Origin: Amoebophrya sp. A120
Lineage: Eukaryota > Protista > Dinoflagellata
Assembly (NCBI GenBank): GCA_905178155.1
Contig: CAJINV010000006.1
Coordinates: 3,568,169-3,632,168 of the forward strand
Direction: 5' to 3'
DNA length: 64,000 nucleotides
The notes under the pieces are model-generated. The model was not told the origin of the DNA, did no database searches, and worked only from the letters and a program-made list of their open reading frames with translations. A program made the translations under genes and the position numbers. Each line of letters begins with the position of its first letter. The first letter of the stretch is position 1. Of the stretch, positions 1 to 13,343 are shown in pieces.

Positions 1-38
1 CGCGCTGGTTAGATTTTCGCGCACGCATTTGGTTACCA
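1..38. mobile_element. Terminal fragment of the TIR element family also at 19698-20962 (truncated by window start)
   Basis: 1-38 is the exact reverse complement of 19698-19735 (TGGTAACCAAATGCGTGCGCGAAAATCTAACCAGCGCG). Confidence 0.8.
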
Positions 39-655
39 GATCAGGCTGTTGACACTGCCACTGGCCTGTAGTTGTGCATAGAAAGACAAAGATCTATACC
101 ATTACCAATGGGCCATAAGTAAGCACACATTAGCACTGACTTCTGTTCAATTTGATCAAGTGCTTCAAAGGGGTTAAACTGTTTGTACATATTCATATTT
201 TAATAGCAGGGCAGCTGCAGCAAGTGCATTTGCAGAATTACATGTTACATTTTTTGTTTTACTGTGACACATCATCGTACATAGACATCCAAAGAAGTTG
301 AAGTGGCGAGCGCTGTTGACTATTCAACGCAACAAATAATTTCAGTTTGTTTTCACCTGAGTCGCTAGCTGATGAAAGGGAAAAGTAGAGGACGACGTCG
401 GTGGGTTTCTTTCTTTCTTTCCGCGCCCGGGCACGGCATCAAATGTTCAAGGCGCTCAATGTCGGTGGGTTGACTTCGTATCATGATGCGCAATCGATAC
501 CATAACATTATCTATGATTATGATCCAACTAGAAATACTAGAGTCTTCAGTTCTTGTGCACGAAAGTGCATTGCGCGTGCCCATTGATTTGCATTTGTTT
601 CGACACGCTTTATTTGACGTCTAAGTGGAAGCATCATGATTCTCATTGTTCGTGC

Positions 656-1929
656 TCATTGCTCCACCGGCACTCCAGCGGTTTTTGGACCACCGCGGGA
701 CGCATGTTTTTGCTGCATCTGCGATTCTATGCGACCTCCGTTCCCCGTCGTGGTAGCCGCAGCCGCATGCGCCGCTTTCCCGTGTTCACCCGCCGACGCA
801 GTGGCCTTCTTCGCCTCCGCTTTTTTCTTTTCCGCCTTGTTGGTCGTCGCCTCCTTCTTGTTCACCTCCTGCTTGACCACCACCTTGTTTTTCACCGTGT
901 CAACCTTGTTGCTGTGTCCTGAACAAAACTACCATCGCCCTAGATTGGTCACGCATGAAATTACGTCGCATGTTTTGTTTTTTACATCAAATGAACTTGA
1001 ACATGTTGATATCGAACTCGATCTCCTCTGTTCAACAGAACTCGATCATGTTCTAATGCAAGAATACAAATACCGCGTCCAGCAACAGAGTCTGTTGGAC
1101 GCGGTATTGCATTACAAATTTAGGGCAATGGTGCTTTTATCATGTACGATATGCTCGTCACCGTGTCCATCTCCATCAGGTTCACCGCCTCCGGCACCTC
1201 GTCGGTAAACTCTTCATGCGTCCCATCCAAGCAAAAATTTGTAATCAAGTAGATCATCTTTGTCTTGTCAGTACAAATCTTGGTTGTAAATCAAATTTCT
1301 GTAAGATTGCGACAAGCTGATGCGACCTACCCCAGTCCACCGGGTAGGAAGCGTAAAATCAACATAGACATACTGAAGACGTGAGTTATGCTTGAAAAAT
1401 GAAACCTTTATTCGACATCGACGCTCACTATTGCGTGAACATGCAACTTCCAAAGTAAGGCGTCACTTGATTAAAGAAAGTTGCATGGATAGGCATCATC
1501 TTCAAACTCGGCATCGATGCCCTGGCGGTTTCCAGCATTCTGCAGAGCAGAGGCACCAAACTATGCTGTGGAAAACTACCGCGTTCATCATGTTGAGGTT
1601 TGTTCCCCATCCTCATTCTTTCTGGTATGCGATAGGATACGAGGGTGCGTTTGCGTAATCAGCATTACAAATACAAATTGAAATACATTTCGATTTCTGC
1701 TGCTGGTTCAAGTAGTTTTCCACGGCATAGCAGGGTGAAGAAGACGCAGACCAGCTTCTGCAAGAAAAAGCGCAGCTGCCACATGATGCCTGGTTTTTAG
1801 ATTTGTTTTCGTTGTTTTGTCATGATGCAGCAGGGATATCACTATGAATGTGGTGGATGAGATAGAGATGAGGGTGCACATCTGTACCGTGAAGTCTTCT
1901 TTATTATTTCGACGTTCCGACTTCATCAT
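656..1929 (-). CDS. Hypothetical multi-exon protein with Lys/Ala-rich C-terminus; exon structure uncertain
   Basis: Last exon 656-~918 (KKEATTNKAEKKKAEAKK) follows a TTCAG acceptor; probable exon ~1148-1230 ends at a GTAC donor; further open stretches to ~1929; intervening DNA has decayed GCATTACAAA motifs. Confidence 0.35.
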
Positions 1930-2874
1930 GCAACATGATGGTAAGACTCAGTATAATCAGTTGCATCGTTCAGCACACTAAACTACCTTTCCGGTCTCGT
2001 CGCCTTTGCGGGATGACGCCACTACGTGTAGTCCGCGATACGTACCCTGGCTGGATAATTCTTCGCACGACTCCAAGAAATACCTCGAATGGACAATAGT
2101 GTGAATGATATACAACCCGTGAACCTGATGCTGTAACGCTTTAATGGTCAGTATCAGCAGCTTCTGGATCATTTCAGCTTTCGTAGCTCAATTTCACATG
2201 ACAACAATCCTTCTAGAGCCTCAAAATGTAGTTTTGTACCTTCAATCGAACAGTGGCAGAAGAAGCGATCCGGGCCCTCAATTGAGCTGTCCACGGCAAG
2301 AACCACTTCTAAGATGTACCGGCAAGAAGACTTCTTGGAACAAAAGTGTACAACTACCACACAGGAGCTAGATTTTTGAAGTTGAAACTCTGAATAATCA
2401 ACAAGTTACACTCATCATGACACGACGGAATTCATGAAATTGAAGGAAAGTGAAACGCCTTCATAAAGCACCTCTAACGACAGTCACTACATCGAACTTG
2501 TCCACGATTTTTCTGTTTCTTGCAACTCTTCGTTTCACGACGACGATCGACGTAACACATGCTTCTATCTTGATTTTTTGAAATCAGGGCCCACCTATGA
2601 CTGCTTTTTGCAACGATTCCCGTTCATTCTCAAACGACAACGACTTTTTCGACGAACGACCCACAATTTGCCTTGCCATGAACAAGAAGAGTTTGCTTAC
2701 AGCAGCTTGACTTTTTGTTTTTACATTCAACCGACTGCCGCTATGATATCCTCCCACAACGAATACACGAGTAAGTTTCAGTAGTATTTTCGAGCTGGAG
2801 CAACAGCAACTAGATGGAAAATTTATGTTTGTGTAACACCGACATCAGCTTCTCTGGAGTGGATGCTTAACACT

Positions 2875-3147
2875 TTGCACGAACAACACCAAGCTGTATC
2901 TGCCCGGCGCGATAGAGAAAAACGCTGCTCATCTTTCCATGCGGAATCTAAAGAAGACCTCTATTTGTGTCTGACATGTTGAATGAAAGTAAAGTGAAGA
3001 CTTCAGGCTCTATGCATACGGGCACTATGCATACGGGCACTACACAGACGGCAACGAAATTGATTTCAAAATGGTCAATTCATCCTTGGTCAAAACTAGT
3101 GTATGGTCCTCACAATGGCTGAAAAACTGCAGCGGGCTTGAAGAACA
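2875..3147 (-). pseudogene. Diverged duplicate of the 3' end and downstream flank of the RAD51 paralog
   Basis: 3040-3147 aligns with 13344-13456 (GATTTCAAAATGGTCAATTCATCCTT.GTCAAAACTAGTGTATGGTCC); 2875-2975 resembles 13180-13285; no upstream coding part seen. Confidence 0.7.
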
Positions 3148-4644
3148 AGAAAGATATACATATATTTACAAATTAAGTTCCTCGTCGTGAATTTGCCACG
3201 CAGAAAGAGAACAACTTTTTGCACTTCGTCCTTGGAAGCACAGCATTGCTGCACCCTCGTGGCACTGAAACAACACTCATCACAACTACCAAACTCGCCT
3301 TCTATTTTTCATCTACACTTCTACTTCTTCTTCGTCTCAACATATTCTGCTGCCCACGACATCGTAAGTGCAACCCATAATATCTTCAAAGATCAAGATT
3401 AGCATCCAATGGGTCGCGCTCCTATTTTGGTGTTACGTTCGCCGTGCTCCAAGTAATCAAATTGTGCTCAGCAGTCGGTATTTTAGTGTAGTTCTGGTCC
3501 TTGCTGGGGGTTAGCATGGTCGTCTTTGTTTACTTAAAAAAATGCATGAGGTCCGTGGTCGGTAACGATATTTACTTATTGTTTAGGTAGTATTTCGATT
3601 TTTTCATAAGAGTGCTGTACGAGATTGAGAATGTTCTTTGAGTGATAGTTCTTGGGGTTACTGCTCGACTAAATCTGAATCTGAGAGTGGGCGACATTAC
3701 TGCTGACTGAGACGAAGACTTTTAGGCTCCACTGGCAAGAACTCTGCGCCGACACGTGGCCATCGAGCTGCTCGGTGCGTAGACGTAATCTAGTGAGCAA
3801 GTACTTAGTTAGTAATCCAGTGCTGCTGGTGGCAAGTGTCAACGTATAAACGCAAGGAGTGACCTTCTTAACCCTACTTGATTACAATTAGCCTGGTCGT
3901 GGCAGAGGATATTGCAAAAGTGGCGCGCGTTCACTCTTTTACAACGGGAACGGAGGGAAAGCAAAAGCATGCAAGCATATACGCATAAACGGCGCTGGAT
4001 AAAGATAGTCACAGTTCTATTTTCCTAATATGCTAATGCTATTGCTATTCCTCGAAAATTGTCCACGATCATGCGACCGCAGTTTCCTTCAGTGGAGCTG
4101 GCAACACTGCGCGCCTACACTAGAGGGGGGTACCCAAAAGACAGGCTCATGCGCAGCGCCGCTCCGTTCGTCGCGTCCGACGTGTAGTCCATCGTCATGC
4201 CCTACTACAACAGGCATGGCTGAATGAATGGAAGAAAGCAGCTGCCTTCCCTTTCGCAGCTGCAAAATTCAAATCATAGCCGTCAAGAAGTAAAAATACG
4301 TGCGCCCTCAAACAATCCAGGTGAACAAACTTTGGTGGAGCTACAATACTTGTTTAGAAAAGAAATTTAGTTTGTGCGTCGGAATGCCTTCGATATAATT
4401 TATTTTAAAACGCTGATATTACCGATACTTTGAAAAATTATATTTCTATCATTTTGGGTGCTGAGTAGATTGCAAAGGCATATAATACCAAACGAACAGC
4501 AAGGCATGTAACAAAACAGAGAAGGTGGGAAAGTGAAATAAAAGCCCCGCCTGTCGTGCATTCGTTGCGCGCCTTGTCTACCAGTTTACAGATACACGGC
4601 GCGCAAAGGCAAATGTGCAAATCTTGGCCCTGATTGTTTTACAC

Positions 4645-7600
4645 TCAAGGCCGCCTGCTCCCCGCACCATCCAACGGAGGACGGCGACTCTCCAACGCCG
4701 CGGAGCTTTCATCGGGCAGGAGGGTGTACGAGTCCCGTTCCGGTTCCAAGCCAAGGCGGATGTGCTGCGCAATAAGCCGAACCCATCCTCGGGGGACCGG
4801 TTCGAAACTTCGGCCGAACTTTCCTGGGACCTGTTTTAAGGATAACGGACCAGCACCCTGCGACACAGCGCGAAAATGGTTCTCGACCTCTTTCGCATGG
4901 TTATCGAGCTCTGCCCGCGTGAAAACGCTGTCCGCGGCGTATCGGGAGAAAAGCACAGAAAGCGCTGGCCATATGGCCTTCAGTTTTTTTGTTTCGGGCT
5001 CTCCTGCGTCTGCGTAATCAAGGAAGTAGGCGCGTAACATACAGGCCGGCCCCCCCCCCCCCCCCCTCTATGCCTGCGCTAGCCGTCCAGGTGGGGGGTG
5101 CGTGGGGCAGCTCAGTTGGCCCGGCCTAGCTAGCGCCCACCGAGATATGACGGCACACGACTCCGCGCACCGGGGCCCCCGCATGGCATGCCAGCCCTCC
5201 CCTCGCCGCCGGCCGGCCCTTAGAGCCAGGCCAGGGCAGTCAATCGAACCTCGGGCCGCGGCCGGTGCCCGGACCGGCTTGTGGGCGTAAAGGTCGGCAT
5301 CTGCATCCATGGCGCCGACGCTGGTTCAGCAGCACTGCGCGGCTTTACAAGTTCCTGCCCCGGAGTTTTTGGAGAATCATGCCAAGTTTTTTCATCTCTC
5401 TTGTCGAGGACGGTTGGAACTGAGGCGCAAAAAATGTGCCAAACATCTGCCGGCGCCCGACAAAGAAACCGCAGACGACCGCGAGGGCGCGATCGTCTGA
5501 CGCTGCCGAGGGCCTGCTACATACCACCTGTGGGAATGGCCACAAAAATCACAAAGAAACGCCCCCCCGCCCTAGCTACTGGCCAACGCACTATAATGAT
5601 AATCAATTTAGCTGCCCCGATCGCGTACCCCCGGGCCCGCCCCTGTTCTTCCCCTGGCGGAAAATAGATCGCGGCGCCCACGCTGCCTAGATAAGGCGTT
5701 CGCGGTTTTTTCGGGCTTGCCGCTTTTGCTCTTCCAACGCCGGGGGCCTTTTCCGCGGGTTTTTCCTTCCAATACCCCAAAAAAACCGCGGACGCCCTGC
5801 CTGCCTAGCTACTTCGACAGAGTTCTATGGCCCATTTTTCCTAACCCTTCCAAGCCACCCGCCCATCCCGGGGCCGGTGGCTGCGACGCGTTGGCAGGCG
5901 GATTTTGTCACCAGTAACCGACCGCCTGTGCCCCCGCCAACCGCCTTACGAACTTCATGCCCCTGGAGCCCGGGCAGGGCACTTCATTCCCTACCTACCT
6001 AGCTACCCCCCGACGGCCTTGCGCTGCGAGAAGGAAAAAGAAGGGCCGTCGCCACACACCACAAAGGCATTCGCCCAAAACAGGAAAACAAAACTTGAAG
6101 CCAGAAGGCCAACGCTTTTTATTCTTGTAATACCGCGGACGGGCAATGTAAAAAAAGCCAAGCGCGGGCGGTGTCTAGCCCCGCATCGCCCGAGAAGCGG
6201 GAGGCCACCGGGCGCGGAGTCGGTCCTCGTAGCTGTTCCACAATGGTCAGGCTGAGGGCAAAGAGATCAGACTTGGGGCTGTACCGCGAGGGGAATGCTG
6301 TGAATGGCTGCCCGGCGCGCCAGAATACGGCAGCACGTTGCCGGCAATCTTCTTCGGCGAGCGCGGGGCTTTGGTACAGGCCGACCGCAGGAAGCTTGTC
6401 GAAGTCGAGGCACTGGGAACCACCACTCGGGCCGACGGACGAGAGCAGCTGTAGTGGCGCCACACAATCTTCCCTCGATTTGAACACGGGGAGCCCAAGC
6501 AACACCGCACCCACTTCTCCAGCCTGGCCGGAGTGGTCGCGCGCGTTAACAATGGACGCTGCGTCGAAGTTAATAAGAAATCTCGGCTTGGAATTGGATT
6601 TGAAGTCAGAGCCCGAGTCAGAGCCTTCCCCACCCTCTGTTTGTGTTTCTGCTTCGAGTCCCACACTCGATGGGCTCACATCGTTCAAGACAATTCCACC
6701 AGCAGCAAAATGCTCGAAACACCCATGCGCCCTCTGGACATAGCCGGCCACATCGCTCAAATGGTGTCGCCACCAAATCCCATCTCCATCTTCTGCACCG
6801 GCCGGCCCTTCGTTGCCCAGCTTTGGCGAAATAATCTCGACCCGCTCCACGAAAAATAGAAAGCGAGCAATCGGGTCCGGCGATGAAGACACAAAGACCC
6901 GCGGGACCCGGGCAACACAGTCTTGCACGTCGGTTCGCCCATGGCTGAGCAACAAGTTTAGCAAAATTTCGCTTTCCGCCACTTTTTTTACGCAAGCCGC
7001 GTCGCTGTCTCGGCACTCGACGACCTTCAGCACCTGTTCGTACTTGTCATCGCCGAACACCTTATTCTTGATATTGGTGCTGCTGAGCGATAGCGAAGAA
7101 GTTGTAAAGGCGGTGGACACAGAAGTCTTGTGTGACAAAAACTCCGTCCAAACCTTGCCATTCAATCCACGTCCCCCGGGCGCGCCCTGGTAGGATATGG
7201 TGTACCCCGCCTGGTCTTTATCGGGCCTGCCCTCTTGGCGGCCCATGGCAGCAACAGCTTCGCTCGAAAGATGCACGGTATGACGATTATTTCCTTCACT
7301 GACGGCCCCCGTGTCCTCAGACGTCGCAGGGATAACAAAGTTTTCGACCCATAGTTCGAACTGAACTTTTTCGCTTTCGCATGGTGGGGGTCCGTTCACG
7401 AGCAAGTTGCCCATGGTCTGCGGAGCTTCTTCACAAGCAGCCCGCAATTTGTCCACAACGAAATTTGCCACCATTCGGCGTAAGCCTGTGCTGGGTTCAG
7501 CCGAGACACGGGATTCCAAGCTCGTGTGAGAGTCCAGCTCCGGTTTCAAACCAAGGCGGATGTGCTGCGCAACTAGCATCTTCGACTCGTCACGCAAATG

Positions 7601-10600
7601 CAACCCGTCCTCCTCACCTTGATCTTTTAAAAAAGAGAAGACCTCCTGCGCGCGGTCATGAAGTTCTTCTTCCGTAAATACCCCGCCTTTCATTTCTTTT
7701 GCTTTGAAACAAATTTCCGGAATTTTTTCGCCGCGAGCATCAAGCTCATTCACGGGCAGGTGGTTTCCCGCTAAAGTGCGGCCCGGAGAAACCAGGCTTA
7801 GAAGGGGGCCGCCAGGACCGCGCGCCGGCTGCAGATGCTGCATAATAGTTTGACTGGCGGCAAAAAGATCCGACTTCGGGGTGTAGCGCGCGGGCGGTTG
7901 TGTGAGCGCCGGCTTTCTGGAAAGGCGACGGACCGAGTCAAGCCGTTTGCACTTTTCATCGCTTCGCGCCGGGCTTAAAAAGCCGGGGGTTGAGTCAAAA
8001 TTTACGGAGCACTGACCTTCGCGAAGAAGCTGATCGCTGCCCGGCGTTTCACATTCGGTTTTGCTATTCGGTCCGGATACAACAGGATTCCCCAACACCA
8101 CTACCATTGCCGCATTATTACGGCGGGCATCGGCGTCCATGTTGACAATGGACGCAAGATCAAAATCAAATTGCCTGGGTTGGTGAGGTTTCCACGCAGG
8201 CGAAGCCGTCTGGCCCTCGGGTTGATGGCCCTCTGCCTCGTTCTTCGTCTTTTGAATTATTTCAAAGCCCATGTTGCGGGGCTTTAGGTCGTTCAAAATA
8301 ATGCCTGCTGCAGCGAAGCGCTCCAGACAAAAGTGTAGCTGGCTGACGTAGTGGTCCGCATTTTTCCGGAGGTGCTCACTGTCTTGCTGCGTTGTGCCCT
8401 CAAATCCTGGCGCGAGAACAACTTTCACCCGCTCCACGAAAAAAAGAAAACGGAGCCGGCCCGGCTCAGCAAAATCTAGCTCGTCCTCGTCGGTGCGGGC
8501 AAAGACGTAAGACACAAAGACTCGCGGGACCCGGGCAACACAATCTTGCACGTCGGTGCGTCCGTGGCTCAGCAACAAGTTAAGCAAAATTTCTGTCCAC
8601 GCCACTTCTTTCATGCACTTCACGTCATTCTCTGCGCACTCAACCACCTTCAGCACTTGTTCGTACTCATCATCACCGAACACCTTATTATTCAGCAAAT
8701 TACTAGTGAGGGCACTGCCCGCTTCTTCCGCAGCCCTTTTTGTCGAGTGAAACTCCGTCCACACCTCGCCAACCGTTCCTTTCCCCCCGGGTTCGCCCTC
8801 GTAGAGTATGAGGCTCTCTTTGTCGCCTTCGTCTGCACTGCCCTCGGTGCGGCCCATGGCAGCAACATCAACATTGCTCCAAAGGGGACGTACGGTATGA
8901 TGATTATTTTCTTCAGCGCGGCTCCCGGCGTCCTCAGACAATGCTGGGTGCACAAATTTTCCGACCCATTCTCTCGCAGAGATTTCGCCATCGCATGGTG
9001 AGCACGATCCCGCTGTTGCAGCTCCTCTTTTCTGGGGGCGATTATGCATTGCAAATGCGTCTATGTCATGTCTGGAAGATTGCAAGATCTGTCTCGAAGG
9101 TTTCGCATGCCCAGAAGGTGAAGGTCTGGGCTGGAATGCGAGCTGGTGTAGCCGTACAAGCTTTGAGAAGGTCAATGCGCGATGCCTATTAATTCATTAT
9201 CCTGAACAAGAAGAAGGCAACATCATCGGGCGCCCAAAATTGGGCCGCTTTTTCATCATGTGCTCAAGCAATACAGATTCATTCGTGCGTCCTCGCCCAG
9301 ACCTAGAAGGACAGACTCGGGCTATTCCAGGCCCACAGAACATATTTGCAATGCACAGCCACCTCGAAGTTCTTGTTCATCTGCTGGTGAATGTAAATCG
9401 CACGAGAGATGATCATGAGCACCAACATGAGCGTTCTCGAGCAGGTAGCGCATAGTCTCGGGAGCAACCTGGCAAGCAATCCACAATTCTTGCGTAACGC
9501 GATATACCACCTGTGCGTGCCACAATTTGGTCTTAGCAACCGGGTCACTTTTTTCATCCTGGGATGATTTTGACGCGTGTTGAAGAAAGCTCAGCTCAGT
9601 ACTGTTTGCGAGAAGCCTGCTCGTCAAGTCCGAGTTGCTAAGCAGTTCAGGATGCTGCCCTCTAGCAGGTGCGTCTCTGACTTCTGAAATCGCAGTTGCA
9701 GTGGATGCAGGTGTGATGGAACCTCCAGGGCCACGCCGGCGGGCTTGTTCCGCTGTGGGAAAAAAGTTGTGGTAGCGTTGTTGTACAAAACTCATTTCCT
9801 GCTTAGTATCCCGACGAAAAAAAAACTGCTTACACTTACACACTTGCTGTAGCTTCAACAGCAGCACAACGCGTTTTATTTATATCCGCATGACACAGAA
9901 AACTTGCAGTGTTAGATATCATACACAAGAAATGGAAAAACACGTATGGCTACATCACGACTAGGCTCCTGAGTACAATGTAATCCGGCATGAGAGAACC
10001 TGATGTCTGTCTTGTAATATGGTCTGCAGCACTTCAAAAATGTGTAACGGTAACACTTTTTTCGTTGCATAATGCTCTGCGTTCTTGCGTGATTGTGATG
10101 CCTCGTTCCTCGAACTGTTCGTGACCGAAATCGGCAGCAGTGCGGGCGACAAAGCGTCAGAAGCAGTTTGAGCCCCGCCGGGAAGCTGTTTTTGCTGAGC
10201 CGGGGCGGACGGCTGTGAAAAAGAAAGGCTTGGCTGGACTTGGGTTTTCTCGGTACTAGTGGGAGAAGACGCTTTTTCTTTCAGCCGCCCGTCCGACTGG
10301 TGCCCGACTGTCGCATGATTCGCCACCAGCAGGGAGGTGGATGAGGACTCCTGATCTTCGTTCCCAGAAGTGCCCTGCTGCTGGTTATGTTCCATCCGTA
10401 CACGCGCAAACGAAGCGGGCTCCCACCGAGTGGTAGGATTTGTTGTTTGCTCTGGAGGATGAATGCTCGATGAGGCGCTCTGTTTAGCAGCTCTTGCTTC
10501 CTTTGGTCGCCCCATGATGTCGTCTACCGCAGCGGTAATTCGCGTTTCGTTGGAAGGCTTAGTATATGCACTGCAAACATGCCGGCGCCGGGGTCTGGGT

Positions 10601-11828
10601 AACAAGGCTTGTGATGCTAATACAAACTCGGAGTATCACGAGCAGGACGTCTCAAAATATTGCCAGCCCTCTGCCGAATGACATTATAGCTTTCGGGCTT
10701 CTTACGTGCTGCCTATGGATTCATCTGCGCTTCAAACTGCGTTTTTGTATGACAGAAAAACGGGCCTTTTGGGTACCAACGTGCATGACGGACTCGAAAG
10801 TCTGTCCCTGTGTCTGTCGTGCCGGCCGAGCACTACAAAAGCCTGTCCCTGCATTCTTCCAGACCCAGACACTCTTGATTTGATACTATCGTGGCGGTCG
10901 CGGCGGCGCCAGGAACGTCTTGTCCCTGTGGCTTTTTTATTTGGTCCTCTTCCTTTTTCGGGGTCGCGTAGCCCAACAAGGACCAGGGAAAAGAGAAGCC
11001 GGGTTCTGCCGGAAAAAGGTTCTTGCCAAGCCAGGAGTGGCTCGGCTGGTGGTCATCCACTTCTCCACCGGGAACCGCCGCATGCGTGCACGCCGGTGTT
11101 CCATAATTTTCGCTTCCTTCAGCACAGTCCGCGGCGGTCGCCACTGGCTGTTCCTCTGCCGCACGGCGTGCAGCTGTTCCGCGAAGATTGCCGTATTTGA
11201 CGCGATATGAAATGCAAAAATGTCTGGGTCTGGAAGAAAAATGCATGATTTGTCATGCATATTTCTCATGACCCATGATGCCTGTAATGCTCGACCTAGC
11301 ATCGCAGACTTTTAGAGGGCTTCCTGATGCACCCTCCGCATGACAAATGGCCCGTCCGTGTAGCAAAAACTGCACCCCTCTTGCTGGTCATGCAATACAA
11401 ATCTTTTTAGAGTCCAAAAACAGCACGACAAGTTGCAACGTTCCAGACCCAGACATTTTTACATTTGATACGCGACGCTTGGCTGCAGGCTGAGACGGAG
11501 CAACTACGGGCCCAGCTGTCGGTCCGCTTGTTTCCGGTCGGTTCTCGAGCGCGCTGGTGGGCACTCGTCCTTCTTTTTCCACCGCCCGACCCGACCCGTG
11601 AGAAAGTCCTCCATCCTCCCCTGGACCCCTGCCCAAATCGGGTTCCACGTCGTTCACCTCCCCTGCCCTCCTGACTCGCATTGCATGCGCGTTCTGCGGT
11701 GCTAAGCTGAAGTAGAAACACCCCGGCACGACCGCGGAGAGAGGGAACAGAAACCCGGGCAGAAGTAGGCGCCCAGATTTTGCTTTGTTCATTGTCTTCA
11801 TTTTGGATTTGCTGCTCAGCAAGCTCAT
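4645..11828 (-). CDS. Signal-peptide protein with long low-complexity N-terminus and tandem protein kinase + pseudokinase domains
   Basis: Approximate exons 11828-11471, 11205-10886, 10564-10072, 9806-9358, 9042-~6162, ~5034-4645; the first four joins are in frame after removing element+5 bp. Domain 1: GGKGTVGEVW, VLK, NDLKPRN, DFDLA, GFLSPA, KSDLFA. Domain 2: GGRGLNGKVW, VLK, NDVSPSS, NFDAA, KSDLFA. ORF 4645-5040 repeats the AQHIRLGL.PE.DS tail of domain 1. The last join is uncertain. Confidence 0.75.
5035..6161. mobile_element. ~1.1-kb GC-rich insertion or intron in the second kinase domain tail
   Basis: Separates segments that are contiguous in domain 1; poly-C run ~5050-5066; GCGCG direct repeats at 5030-5034 and 6162-6166 give the in-frame join TARAYFLDY; lacks TAT/ATA ends, boundaries uncertain. 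Confidence 0.45.
9043..9357. mobile_element. Introner family A, degenerate
   Basis: TATGCATTGCAAAT...ATTTGCAATGCACA; DR GCGAT/GCCAC; removal joins upstream exon to the kinase ORF in frame. Confidence 0.65.
9807..10071. mobile_element. Introner family H/F-like, degenerate
   Basis: TATCCCGACGAAAAAAAAACTGCTTACACTTACA...TGTAACGGTAACACTTTTTTCGTTGCATA; in-frame join; TAAG acceptor available. Confidence 0.6.
10565..10885. mobile_element. Introner family A, degenerate
   Basis: GGGTCTGGG / TTCCAGACCCAGACAC TIR cores; DR lost, but element+5 bp restores frame; a GT...TAAG splice is also in frame. Confidence 0.7.
11206..11470. mobile_element. Introner family A
   Basis: TATGAAATGCAAAAATGTCTGGGTCTGGAA...TTCCAGACCCAGACATTTTTACATTTGATA; perfect DR CGCGA; join KRRV-KYG. 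Confidence 0.92.
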
Positions 11829-13343
11829 AAAAAACTAAATCAAAAGGCGACTTTTCCTTTTACTTGTCTTCCTGCTGCTTCAGCTTCTACCTCGTGTTCG
11901 TCAAAAAAAAGGGGAAAAAATACGAAAAAAAAAACGTGAAAAAAAAATGTGAAAAAAAAGTTGAGAGTTGTGTCCGCGTTAAATTCAAAATTCATACGTA
12001 AAGTTCGCGATTTATCGTAAAAGCTTGACAAGATTTCTTTATTCTTAGTCCCCGGAGTAGCAGACTTCTTTATTTCGTCTTGTTTGTGTGTGCTTGGAAC
12101 AAGTTTCAGACTACAATTGAAAATTTTTTTTTGTACTACAGAATAAAAAAGTTCTTGGGAGTCGGAGTCGTGGTCTTTAGGCTTGCTTGTCGTTGAAGAA
12201 GTTCACAAACTCCCGTACCCGGTCAAATGTTACAAAGCGCGTGACTCTGCACAGAGGACAGGCACAAGCGATGTTGAGCTACTGTGCTTGCAAAGGTCGG
12301 GGTACGATCTTCACAAAACACAGCTTGTTCGTTGGATTCGTTAACGTTACTTAGCAGAGAGGGATACTTAATTTGCGGTTTTGTTTTTTTATTCCGCACC
12401 TGTCATTAGAATAGCAGCACAGGTACAGGAGCAATATCATTTCATCGCCAAGAAGACAAGAAGATGCTTCTCGCCTTTTGAGCGCACCATGGTCAGCATC
12501 TAGAACAAGAAGCCACCGACCACGAGCACTAGTACTATTCTATTACTAACTTAAGTTTAACTTTTCACGAGTAATAAATCCAACGAGGCAGAAGTCACTT
12601 GACCTTTGGGACGATGAAGCTGCGAACGATATGGTAGAAGAGGCACGAAGATAGTACCGACGTTGCCGTACGATTGTTCTTGTGCTTCTTCGACGCCAGT
12701 ATATTCACTTTCATTCTTTATGGTCACGACGAGATTTCGGCTTTAATACCGGATGAGAAAACCGAGACGAGACCAGGAGATTGCTTCATGGGCCGTGATG
12801 ATGGTGCACGAAACTCAATACGAAAATTCAACCGATAGAACTACTAAGGACAGAACTACTAACGACAATAATGTTCCTGCTTTTGTTGAATTCAGTCAAT
12901 ACGACAACGACCGAGGAGAAACCGCGGTACGGCGAAAGCGAAACCGAACTCATCTCACAACGATTTTCTTTCACGAACCGCCCAGTTTTGGGCCCGACGT
13001 TAGTATGACATTCTCTGAACCGACGAAAGAGGGATGATTTTGCCGTTTTTACACTGTCACTGCCTAAACTTGCGCCGGAGGAGCAGGTAATAAAGGTTGC
13101 AAAGCTCGAAGATAGATTTTTCACTATTTTACCGATATCACCCCTACTGACACTTCTTGCCGAGTTGATGTTTTGACATGTTGTACGAACAACACCAAGA
13201 GCCTGCCTGGTGCGATGGAAAGGAACGCGGCTGACCAATCTTCCAATACGGAAATAAACGAAGATTTTTATGCTGCTTCTAAACATGAATGGCCATGAAA
13301 TGAAGAAAATGTCTGTTACTTCTAAACAAGCCGAGTTGTACTT

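Noticed and set aside
9043-9175. ORF-track start of the kinase at 9175
   Set aside because: It lies inside a degenerate family A element; the gene more likely begins at 11828.
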